Below, piece by piece: positions 48,961-60,171 of a stretch of 64,000 nucleotides of DNA. Every line of letters begins with the position of its first letter. Position 1 is the first letter of the stretch. Under the pieces are notes generated by a model that saw only the letters and a list, made by a program, of their open reading frames with translations, was not told the DNA's origin and made no database searches. The DNA comes from Takakia lepidozioides (Eukaryota; Plantae; Bryophyta). A program made the translations under genes and the position numbers. The stretch is from positions 71,920,001 through 71,984,000 of the forward strand of contig CM060733.1 in NCBI GenBank assembly GCA_030704615.1, in the 5' to 3' direction.

Positions 48961-49322
48961 ATGTCGCTACTCTGCCTAATGGTGGAACCCTTTGAATGGC
49001 TCCGGACGGAATGAGTGCAAAGTTTATGTACCTGCAATCACGAGGCAGTTCAACAAAAATCATTCTACCGATGCATCATGCAAGTGGAAGTCGTCAATGC
49101 ACAAGGTATTTCGGCACCGAAATACGGAGTGGACCGTGCCCCAATTACCCAGAACTCACATCTTGCAGAGGTATATTTCGGCGCCGCAATATCCATCGCT
49201 GCTTAACCAAATCATCTAAACTGCAAATAGGGGGATGCATTGTCAGCAGATTACCTGAACAGGACACGCATTGCCGCTTTGTCGGCACCCTCCTGCTCTT
49301 CGATGTATACGCTGCGTCTTAC

Positions 49323-51473
49323 CTTTGCAATTTCTCTGAAAAGAGGTTTGCGAAGCGCCCTCGCCACGACTACACGTAGTTCTCCATTGTCTCAGGCTTC
49401 GTCCAGTCGATCTGTAACTTGAAAGTGGTGGTGTTGCAGTCCAATTGCTCCTGGGCGTGGGTCAGTACCTGCATCATGGCAGGTTTCCAAAACATTCATG
49501 ATTTTGAAATTGCGACGATGTCCAACACAGAATAGGAGAAAATTATACCTGATGCCACCAAGTCATGACATTGAGCCAGTCGTTCATTTTGTCGTCTGTT
49601 GGCTCGATGGGAAAGTGGTATAGCAGCTTCGTGTTTGTATGGCCGTTCCAGATTCGCAGCCACCTCGTCTGCAGCCACCTCACATTGGTCAGACAAGAAC
49701 TCCAACATAAGAATCGCGAGAAGTCACAAAACAAGAATAAACACATGCTTACCTTCTCCGCCGGCTCAACACAGGACACTGCGATGTGATGAAGTTTCTC
49801 CATGGACATTTCCGGTTTCATGGGTCTGGAGTAATGCAGTCCTATCTCCGCCAGGAACTCGGCACCAAGACCAGGGTCAGCGATTGCAACTTGCTTAACA
49901 AGTTTGGACCTGTACTTGGTCCGGGATTGCTTCCCTGCCTGCACAATATGACTCTCTATCGACGCGTCCGCCTTGTTGGGGGCATCATTCTCAAAAAACT
50001 GCCTTTTGGCATAGGCCAAGTCATCCCTGATGTTCGTCTGCTTCCCATACCCAGCAGATACAGTCAGGCCACGGATCCTTGCAACAAATAACATTAAATT
50101 GATACTGAAATTTGAGATGAACCTCACCGAATAGAGGATCTCCACCATGGCGTCCAGTGTTGGTCGGTACCAGGTGCGATCTGCTTTCGCTAGGGACTTC
50201 CTGTACAGCTCGGGATCGAGGGACTTTTGGAAGTCCGTCAGCAGAGCTGTCCCCACTTCTTGCACTCTGTAGAGCGTATGTGCCAGATGAGTTTCCACGA
50301 AGGCCCTCTCTGTTACCCTGCCATGGAGAAAAAAACAACATGAAAATATGATTTCGGCACAGCAATCCAATTTCCAGTTCATAGAGTGCATGACAGTGGT
50401 GAACATTGCCTATTTTGGCGCCGCAATAGGCAGTACACAAGGATGTAATTGTATACTTACAGATTTATATCCGCCATGGCACCCTTCAACAGTCCTCTGT
50501 CCCTGACGTCCACCTTCACGACAATGCAGTCCACCATGTAATGCCAACTGATATCTTGCGGATGCATTTCAGCAATGTACTCTGTCCAGGCAAGCATCCT
50601 GTGGTTCCCGTCCCAAACGAAGAACATCTTCCCTTCCATGTGTGCGAATGTGGGATTAGTCTTCAGATAGGCTTCAAACTCGGCATTAACAGTGTGCCAG
50701 TGGGGGCCCCAATTCTGAAGCTCCTCTGCAGTGGGGCCCCTTGTGACACCCTGGTCATTCTCAATGGAAACGTAGAATGCTGCCGACCCCCGTCTGTACC
50801 CTTCTCTGAAGTTGTGCTTCAGTCGATCGATATCCCCTGGCAGTGCTTGCCTTACAACTGGAAGGCTTACCATGCGACACAAAGGAACTTTGAGGTTCTC
50901 CGGATACACCATGGAGCCCAAAACGCGGCCTATGTTGCTATGAGTCTCTGCCAGCAACCTGTTTGCTGCTATGTTCATGTCTCGTGCGCTCATGAGCATA
51001 CCCGCCACCAGTTTCTTACTTGTATCACCTCTGTCACTTCCCTCACCCCTCTCACCAGCCTGTGTACTGTCCTGGAGGTTTTGCTCCTCCGCAAGCTCCA
51101 GCAGGTTCTGATCGTCGCCAAGTCGTACCACGTTATCGTCCTCTCCTTCTGTCAGTTGAATGGGCCGCCCTTCTGCAGATCTGACTCCCACATCTCCAGC
51201 GGCCTCCACCGCATCTGTGTTTTCTGAAATTTACTGCAAACCCAATATCTCCACTTCCAGTCTCCCTAGGGGTTTTACTGGCGAAGCCATGGGCTCCTTC
51301 TGCTTTCTCGGCTTCCGAACTCTAGGTGGGCTTTTCGGAGGCGATATTTGAGGTGTTGAATGAGGACTCGTCTGCCTCGATGCACTTCCACCTTGTGAGC
51401 GCAGCACCCGGGCAGGAGTATCCAAAGTTGACTGTGTTGCCTCGCCCCCCTGCGATCCCTCCCCAGCTCCCAT
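49323..51473 (-). pseudogene. Spliced gene with a ParB/Sulfiredoxin-like domain; transposon-associated, with premature stops
   Basis: ATG 51473. One TAA (51231-51233) separates in-frame ORFs 51231-51506 and 50457-51209. Motif 'VRQALPGDIDRLKHNFREGY...MFFVWDGNHRMLAW'. GT-AG intron 50460-50318 joins in frame to 'LVTERAFVETHLAHTL'. Further exon-like segments run to ~49323. Confidence 0.65.
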
Positions 51474-51979
51474 GTCAAACAAACAGGAAAACATGAGACA
51501 CTGCACGCCAAAAAAAAGGTGTAAAAGGAATATTGCGTATGGAGTGCTTCACATCCGCGAAGCACGAATTTCTCACTGGTGGGCGATCCGAGTCTCCGGA
51601 TAACGAGGTTTGCATTTCATGCATGAGACGGAGCTTAAGTTGTGTCGTCGGCGGCTTCCCAAAATCCCGCGTCCTCCTCTTTGCCGGAGTCGCTTGACCT
51701 TCCACAAACTCTATGCTACCACTATGCCGCATAAGGAGAGGAAACGCAGGAGAACGTCACTGCAGAAGGGCAAGGAGCGAGAGAGCGAAGCAGTGGAACA
51801 TGCAACCACTATGCACGAGCAGATGCGTAAGCAGCCACGTCTCCCGAAGCGTTGCCACCGTCCAACACTTTTTGCCGTATGGGTGATGAAGAGATTGTGA
51901 CCCCTGACATGTTCGCACGGATGAAGTCGACTGGAACACGACGCGTGCCAGTTCTAGCCACCAGTACAAGACGGTTTAT

Positions 51980-53732
51980 CCGAATTGCGGCACCGAAATA
52001 CCTTCCGTACACCGGATGCTGTTCCCGGAGCAGCCGACATTGAATGAAATATCCGCGCATCATGAAACCCAACCGCCAAGAAAATCCCCTGCCTATGACA
52101 TTCAACAGTCAGGTCGGTACGTTTCAACAGCGGACGGATGAATTTCGGCGCCGCAATTCATCGCTTCCGAAGTCCTCATCCGTCATGAGCAAACCTGTCA
52201 GTGGGATATCGGAGCCGGAATTAATTCCGGGACAGTGAAAACGGTTGCACTTGGGCACATTTCATCCATATTTCGGCGCCGAAATTCATAACGAATATCT
52301 CCGTCCGCGCGTAGACGAGGTGAAATCATCATTATTTCGGCGCCGAAATTCATCCAGAGCGAAGACTAAATTGGCACCATGCTACGCTTTGCCGCCATCA
52401 TTGCCCCTGACGGATGCTGTCCATGCCTGTTGGACTTGCCATTTGTGGACATTTAACTATAATTTCGGCGCCGAAATTATACTTTATGTGCGGCAACGTC
52501 CCGTGCGAAAAGACCACTTAATGGATACTGTCGGTTTCAAATGAAAAAAACGGCTAAAATGCAATTAATTTTGACAGAAGTGGTTTAATATGCTGATTTC
52601 TCCATTAAATGCAGAATATTCCTGTTATATTCGTCGAACGGGGTATTTCCAACGATTTACGGAAAATTATCATCCAAAGCAAAAGTAAGTGCCGGGTTTG
52701 GACGAATTTCGGCGCCGAAATTCATCCGTCGCATAGAAAATGTAATATTAGAGTTACTCATTGCGGACAGTAAGGATGAATTTCGGCGCCGAAATTGATC
52801 CATTTCAAAGAAAAATAAATATTGGAGGGAGGGAATTGGATGAATTTCGGCGCCGAAATCCGGCGCTCAAACCCTGAAAAGAATTGGAGGGATGAAGTCG
52901 GCTGAATTTCGGCGCCGAAATTCATTGCTCGCGAAGAAAAAAAAATTCGGGAGGACTTCGGATGAATTTCGGCGCCGAAATTCATTGCTCGCGAAGGAAA
53001 ATAAAAAAATTCGGGAGGACTTCGGATGAAATTTGGCGCCGAAATTCATTGCTCGCGAAGAAAATAAAAAATTTCGGGAGGACTTGGAATGAATTTCGGC
53101 GCCGCAATTCAATGCTCGCGAAGAAAAAATAAAAATCGGGAGGATTTCGGTTGAATTTCCGCGCCGAAATTCATTGCTCGCGAAGAAAAAGGAAAATTAA
53201 AATGGAGTACTTGGATGAGATTCGGCGCCAAAGTTCATCTGTCGCAAAGAAAAATAAAAACAAAAGGACTTCCGATGAATTCTGGCACCGAAATCCATCC
53301 GCAGGGCAGCAGAATTAGGGTCGGAAAATGAGATGAAGAATGAATTTTGGCGCCGAAATACATCCATTCTGCCGATTCAGGATTACTGTCATTCGGAAGT
53401 CGGCACCGATATCCGGACACGTGGTGAATCACGACTTTAATCAGGAACACATTCATCCGTATTTTGGCATCTAAATTCAACCCATATGTGCAGATACAAT
53501 TTAATGAAGAAGAAGTTCATCCGAATTTCGGCACCGAAATCCATCCGTTGGGTGCTTGGTCAGTTTAATGAGATAAACAAATTACGATTTCTGTTGCCAG
53601 AATTCATCCCCTGGCTTCCAAAGCTGTTACACGACAGAGATGTTCATCCCGATTTCGGTGCCGAAATTCATGGGAAGGCCTGATTTATTGTACCCCAAGT
53701 GGTTGTACATTACAATTCAGGCACCAAATATC
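51980..53732. repeat. Array of more than 20 palindromes (consensus GAATTTCGGCGCCGAAATTC) with ~63-bp period
   Basis: Hexamer cores start at 51989, 52147, 52211, 52275, 52339, 52467, 52711, 52785, 52849, 52911, 52971, 53035, 53098, 53160, 53224, 53284, 53349, 53402, 53466, 53530, 53593, 53657 and 53720 (some degenerate). Confidence 0.95.
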
Positions 53733-53919
53733 CGATGTGAACTTGCTGTTCTCGTCCGTTTTTTTAACGTACGTTACACACCTTCATCTTTACGTGCACT
53801 GATCACCCATCCTGTTGGATACGGAATCCTCCAGAAAATCATTTGTGTTATTAGGTAGGACACACTCTTCTCATTGTAGGACTTCGCTGCGGAGCGTACC
53901 GAGAGGTCCCGTCTTCAAA

Positions 53920-56900
53920 ATGGACTCCCGTGTTTGGGTGAACGTGTACTTCCATCCTGATTCTCTGAAAGCTAAAATACCTGCGACCAAGGATTTGCGA
54001 TTGTCAGTGAGCAGTACTTGTGTGTGAAGTTCGGGCTCCGCCCTGGAACGGTGTTTTTGGAAGAGGAGACGAAGGATGCTTATGGAAATTTTCTGGAAAG
54101 TGCCGTCATTCTGCATGCAGATTTCGGAAAAGGCAAAGAGTGGCGGCTCCCAGCTTCTGAATCCATCCGGTACAGTGCCATTGGTGAAATCGTGCCTAAA
54201 GAGTTCCCACGCTGGAACTTGGTTGATCCTCCTTCCACAAGAGGGTCTGGCGTGCAAGATGTGAAGGATGTGGGCACCTCTTCACAAGCAGAGAAGCCCA
54301 AACATGTGAAAAGGGAAATCCAGGAAAACAGGGAAACAGTCGTCCACGACTTATCCAGTGACGATGAAGACTGTATGGTCCTTCCATCGTATGTTTCGAA
54401 GTCGTCCGTCACTAGGAGTGTTCAGCATACACCGTCCGACTCAACTTCCGTCCGCTCAGTAATCGACATATTGTGGAGGATGAAGACAACGGGTTCCCGC
54501 TCCAGTGACCTTCTTAGGCTTGATTACGACAAAACTCCAATCCATTCTGTGGAAACTTTGCCTGATGTTGTGGATGGGAATGCTATCTACGAGTTCCCTC
54601 CAGTGCCGGCAGGCGCAGGCCCAGACGGCATGCTCGCAGGAATGAACAGGAAACATGACGGCCACCCTTGGTGTGTCACCAAACTTCATCGTCCAACCTG
54701 GGTGATGGAGTTCGAGTGAGATATGTATTGTGTGCTGGGCATCTTAAATGTTTCTCGAGCACATGTTACCATTACACTAGCAAAGGCACCAGGAATGAGA
54801 CTGACTGGATTGGCAATTCGTCGACCCCCCATTTTGGCCTCAAGGTAGAGTTCCTGCAGGGACGTTCAAGTGTGCCCATTGCAACGCAGCCCCTACGTGC
54901 ATGGCAGTGTGCAACGCCAAGCAGTACTACGTCGGGACCGTCGGCCCAGCGTGCACCAGAGCATGCATTCACATCGGAAAGCATGAGCACCCCCTCACCA
55001 GAGGCAATTGCAGAGTCGCTTTTCAACAAGCCCAGGATATTATCAAGGAGGAGGTGAGTTGAGGCCGGGTGCAAAACCAAAGCAGATACAGCTCGCATCG
55101 GCACATAGGATTGCAATTGGCAGAATAATGTCGGAGGACGGAAGCACAAGAGAGAAGTTGGGCGAGGGGGACATGAAGGACCTGCTGGAAGCTGTCTCCC
55201 ATGTGTGCAGCCCCAATGTCAGGAACCACATTGTCAGCTGCAAGAAACGAATCGGAAGAGGATCAGACATGCACTCCATCTTGGAAGTGAAGCGCACATG
55301 CGGCTACGACTTCATCCAAGGCAGCTTCTTTCCTGGTCAAGGCTCGGAGACGGACAGGTGCTTCATATTTAAGATGTCAACGTGCGGACCGGGGAGCGGC
55401 GTCGATTTGGTGAGCGGATGACCAGTGGAGACCTTTCAAATTGTTGGGTCATGTTCGACCACATCCGGCGATTACCAACCACGATTGGGTGACAATGGGG
55501 GCACATGTATACGACCCACATTGCAGAAAGTTGATGACCATTGCTATCTGCGAAATGAAGGGAGAAGACACAGATTCGGAGTTGCAATATGTGGCGCGGA
55601 ATTAAATGAGCAAATGGCGAGAGCCAAGTTGCCCCCTCCCGATTTTAGGGGCTTCATGGCTGACAATACCCAGGCAACTGGGCTGCAGTTAGAAGGGTAT
55701 ATGGGGACGACCCAAAGACTCAATGGAAGGAAAGGAGAGATCTTGCGGGTTCCACTTCATGCAGAGTTTGACGCAAAACACGAAAAGGTTCGTGGCGTCA
55801 CGCCACCGGCAGGATCATATCAGTATGTGCCTAGGTGGAAAAAATGCGAATTCCATTGACGAGGCGGAGACCGAGTTTGCAACCATACGCGCCTGGTGGG
55901 TGTCTTCAGGGGCAGTGGATGTGAAAGATCAGCCAGAACTGCAAACGTGGCTTGCGTGGTGGCATTATAGATTTCCGCCAGTTTGGAGACTACATGAGAC
56001 AGGTAACACATTTTTGTACTTGACAATTGTTCTGTTTTGTGCTTGGACATTCTCCCACAATCAGTGACATATCTAATTCCTTCAACAGGACATTCAACAG
56101 GACATGAGCTTGGAGGATGACACGGATATGCCGACGACGAACATGGCCGAATCGGTGCACTCTTCCTGGCGTGCTTCCTCTGCAGCACATCTCGTTGACA
56201 TGTTGACAGCAACAACAGAAGATATTGTGAGGCCATCATGCACAATCTCATTACTACCAGTTTCTGGGAGGAAGCAATGGGGTATCGGACCAGACAGGCA
56301 GGAGATGCTGATGAGGGCGGCGCATCGTTTCGACCGATCCCAAAAATGGCTGCTGCATTGCGTGAAACAATAAGGTCAACGCCGTTACACAGTCGGGGGA
56401 ACTGCCTGGAGGCGATGTCCGCAGCCGGCCGGTGAAGAGAAGAATTGAGGACATGCCAGGAGGGATGGGGATTCATGGAGATCAGATATGAACATCCGCA
56501 CTCAACCTCGGGGCGCAACGATGTTGCGTCCCACGCCTCCACGAAGCAGGACTCGTACCCCCCTCCTCCTGCAGCATCCATGGAATCGCTGCCAGACTCG
56601 GGACAACATGCCGAGGATGGGCATGTTGCTCCTGTTTTCGTTACCCAATACAACATTCCAATCGTGGAGCGAGATGTGTCGGCCTCGCAGTGGAGAATTG
56701 CACGGACCCGTCCGACATTTCGTGGCAAATGTTGTGCTGTTCGTGTCGACACCAACCAGAGATGCAATGAGATGATTCGGAGGAGCCCGCAGGGCGGTGT
56801 GCCTGCCCCTTGCTTCACAGGGAGATTTGTGTGCGCAAAGTTTGTGGAGGCCACACTGAAGGAGTTTTGGTTCTGCAGGCACGACATCATGTCGTGTGTG

Positions 56901-57500
56901 TTCGGCAAGCCCAAGTATGGTGTACAAGGCATGCCTGAACCACCGGCAGTCTGGCCTGTGGCAAGTGGTACAGATCTTACCCTGGAGGAGGCAGACGCTC
57001 TAGGAAGTGCAGGGTTTTGACTGGTGGAGAGGACAGACGTTCCACGAAATCCAATTCCCAATCGTCATCCTCCTCCCACGAGAAGCTCTTCGCCCCGCAT
57101 ACCGGTGGGTGACCCCGCAGCTTGGCCCACCCATCGGTGGGGGAAACTGAAAAGACGGCGGCCACCAACAAAGGCGAACGACACCAGGATGGCCAACGCT
57201 CTTGCAATGCCCTGCATAGTGCAAGGTTGCAGGGATGTTCCTCACCCCGGGATGGGGCGCATATTTCAGTTGTCAACAGCCGGTCTGCTGCGCGCAGTGT
57301 CGTGTATGCAATCACGGTTTCACAGTACCCAGCTTGCAACTGTGAGGACTTCCTTGTTATGGAATCGAAGAATGCAGCATATGTCCCCTGCAAACACCTT
57401 TATTACATTTTTATGAAGCGCATGAGTTGCATATCCGCAGTGACGTCTTCATCCATGCTCCAACACTGAGTTTCAACGAGCTGCACAAGCCCTACGGCAG
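53920..57500 (+). pseudogene. Mutator-like (MULE-type DDE) transposase with C-terminal SWIM zinc finger, frameshifted
   Basis: ATG 53920. Pieces across frames: 'CWVMFDHIRR', 'FRGFMADNTQA', 'RSCGFHFMQS' (CxxH), 'WLAWWHYR', 'TTNMAESVHSSW', and SWIM 'ACNCEDF...CKHLYYIF'. Probable intron near 56003-56088. Confidence 0.75.
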
Positions 57501-58232
57501 GATACTGGTCGGACTGCTTGACATTCCACATTCGGGAAGGAGAAAGTGGCAATTAATTACATTCATCTTCTTGCACCCTATTTTTTTGTGAGGAATTATA
57601 CACTTGGTGGTGCCGCATCGCCATGGCTACAGGTGAATTTCGGTGCCGCAATACATGAGAATGTGGTTTTTGGCCATGAATGGCATGCGCATGCTTTTTT
57701 TTATTTTGGTTGTCTACAAATTGATCCGAGTAAAGCATACATTGTGTGGAGATTAACGGGCATTGGGCCTATTTCAGCGCCATTTATGGTCTGTGTACTG
57801 CATAGTGCTTCCTTGTTACTGCTCTTCCTTCTTTCATTTGTGTGATTTTCAGCCATCCTTGCGTTTTCGTCCACCTTTATGAGAAGACTCCAATTTGCTA
57901 CAAATGTGATGCCTTTACAAGATTGCTAGTTCTGTGTCCCAGTGGGAAGGGTCCTACTGCACATTCCAGCATTTGCATACTGCACCTTGTGCAAACAGCA
58001 ATCCATACGACAAAGGACACGTCCCAGCATTTGGCAGTGAATTGCAAAAAACCTTAACAGAAGATTATCGAAGCATGTATATTCCCCATATGGCACAGGG
58101 AAGCTGCTTGATTTCTGAATGAAAATGTATGTGCCATGAGTGTCAGCGAGTTGAAAACATGTCTACTCTAGCATGCAAGACCTATGGTCCCCTCGCCAAG
58201 AAGAAGGAACTCGAACTGGCCTCTCAGCCTCC

Positions 58233-58727
58233 TCAGTGACCGGTGCCTATATTTGAACAAAATGTCAGTGGTTTCTGTCGCCCGGTTGAAACTAACGAGG
58301 ATGTCGTGTTTATCATAGCGCCCCCTTGGTAGAAGGACATTTTCACAGTGGGCCCTGTGTTCCCCTCCTCCTCATCCTCATAACTGAAGAGAATGTCCCC
58401 ACTTTCCGAGCCAGTCCGTCCACGCGTAAAGTTTTCACCTATGCACTCATCATACGTCCACTCGCAACAATTCCAGCGATACAGCAACGCTGTGCGTGAT
58501 CTGTTCGGCTCCCACACATGCGGAAAGTCCAGGTCCATGATGCGTAGGAACCACCTGCTCCCCAGCCGGGGTCTAGGAGAATCGTGCAATCCTGCAAGAA
58601 AACTCCATTGCTCTCAGCTGGACAAGTCGAGGATCGTCCCTGTAAACATCCGGAAGACAATGATGTCGTCTGCTTTCGGGAAAATGACTCCCGTCTGGCG
58701 TCGATAGATGTGATTCGGGCACGACAT
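58233..58727 (-). pseudogene. Unknown ~164-codon ORF with one in-frame TGA; candidate third gene of the MULE/ParB element
   Basis: ATG 58727 (MSCPNHIYRRQTGVIFPKADDIIVFRMF...) is in frame with ORF 58233-58589 across a TGA at 58614-58616. Confidence 0.4.
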
Positions 58728-58844
58728 GGCCTCACGACACAGCACGAACTCAAAGCAGGGAGGAGATGGGCACAACAGAGAAGAGTGAAGAGCAAAATGA
58801 GAGCAAGGCCTCCCTCACCGTAAGGCGGGTATTTGCTCTCCGAC

Positions 58845-59320
58845 GCCCAATTTCGGCGCCGTTATTACATGGAGTGCGGAAGCTTCAGCCGAGAATTTTG
58901 TTTCCGCAGGTCAATTTCGGCGCCGTTATTGGTTGCAATCCCCAGCCTTCGGCTGGGTATTTGGTTTCCGAACCCAATTTCGGCGCCGTTATCGGCTGCA
59001 CTCCGGTGGCTTGAGCCGAGTATTTGGTTTCCGGGGCCCATTTCGGCGCCGTTATCGCCTGCACTCCGGAGGATGCAGCCGGGTATTTGGTTGGCGGAGC
59101 CCAATTACTTTCACCGTTGTTGGCTTCACTCCCGAGCCTTCAGCCCGCTATTTCTTTTCCTGTGCCCAATTACGGCGTCGTTATACCCAACCATCCTGCA
59201 CTTCTGCAATAGTACTATCCACGGTTATAGGTCGCCATTGCGTTTTCGGAGTCTGCAAACCCGGATCCTAATTCCGCTTGCGTCTCTGCCTCTGGGATAA
59301 TTTCGGTGCCGTTATTGCCC
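58845..59320. repeat. Second ~63-bp-period array with half-palindromic variant CAATTTCGGCGCCGTTAT
   Basis: Cores at 58855, 58919, 58982, 59045, (59110), 59174 and 59305. Confidence 0.9.
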
Positions 59321-59334
59321 AGAATTCAGTTATT

Positions 59335-59555
59335 CTATGACCTGGCCTGGCGGTCCATGAGCCTGGGCTCCAAGTCATGAGTGTACACTGGTACTCATGA
59401 GCGGAGTGCTTCCAGCATGAGCGCGGAAATCTTCGATTTTTGATTATTTCATAGTTTTTGGCCCGAAAAAAATCTGCCGAAATTCGAAGTGTGTTACTTT
59501 GCGGCTCATGGGTTAGCCATGCCCGCTCATGAGCTCATGGAATAGCAACCCCCTG
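59335..59555. mobile_element. Probable terminus of a hAT-like element with CATGAG subterminal repeats
   Basis: Ends TAGCAACCCCCTG (CAGGGGGTTGCTA on the minus strand) exactly where CACTA coding sequence begins. Repeated CATGAG/CTCATG. No matching other end found. Confidence 0.45.
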
Positions 59556-60171
59556 AATTACAACATCCCTCCGTATCTTTCAATAAAAAAAAAGGCCATA
59601 TCATGTTGGCTGCCATTGTACCAGGTGAGTGTTCCCATTTCATGCTCATTATTTCCCTGGATTTTACATTAATCTTCTTCTCTTTGGCGTAATTCCGATG
59701 GAAGATTGATGAGTGACGTAATGATGGAGTAAGATGTGTCATTCATTATGAAGTATAAATTTCATGGTGGAGCATTGAAACAATGATGTTAATGTCTCAT
59801 AGGGAAAAAACAAGTGAAACACATGGACACGTACTTGCGGCCTCTAGTTGATGAACTTAAGGAACTATGGAGGGGGGTGTCGACATTGGATGCTTCAATT
59901 GACCATATGGCCCGACAATCTTTTCAGATGAGAGGCATCTTGCTTTGGACAATGCATGATTATCCAGGTATATCATGTTCCCCATGAGAAACCCGCGTAC
60001 ATTTACCTGTCAAGGGATATTGATGAGGATTGGGATTGGTTGAAGTAGCGGCGACAGTCTTCTGCACCGTAGTGGGGTAGATACACATGACAACTTTTTG
60101 TCTTTGCTAATGTGGCGGAATGTCTACAGGACTTACTGTTTGCTTGGGGCTGAGCACTAAAGGGTACCACG
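59556..60171 (+). mobile_element. CACTA (En/Spm) TnpD/Tnp2 transposase fragment with two introns
   Basis: Spliced pieces NYNIPPYLSIKK-GHIMLAAIVP | GKKQVKHMDTYLRPLVDELKELWRGV...FQMRGILLWTMHDYP | GLTVCLGLSTKGYH. Cut off by the Gypsy LTR at 60172. Confidence 0.88.

Noticed and set aside
52140-53732. CRISPR array (palindromic repeats with ~40-bp spacers)
   Set aside because: Eukaryotic spliced context, no cas genes, repeats degenerate at both ends, central spacers are copies of each other, and the motif recurs in an intron. Better explained as protein-binding sites in a transposon.
55820-57061. 413-aa minus-strand ORF
   Set aside because: Antisense shadow of the GC-rich transposase coding region; no recognisable motifs.
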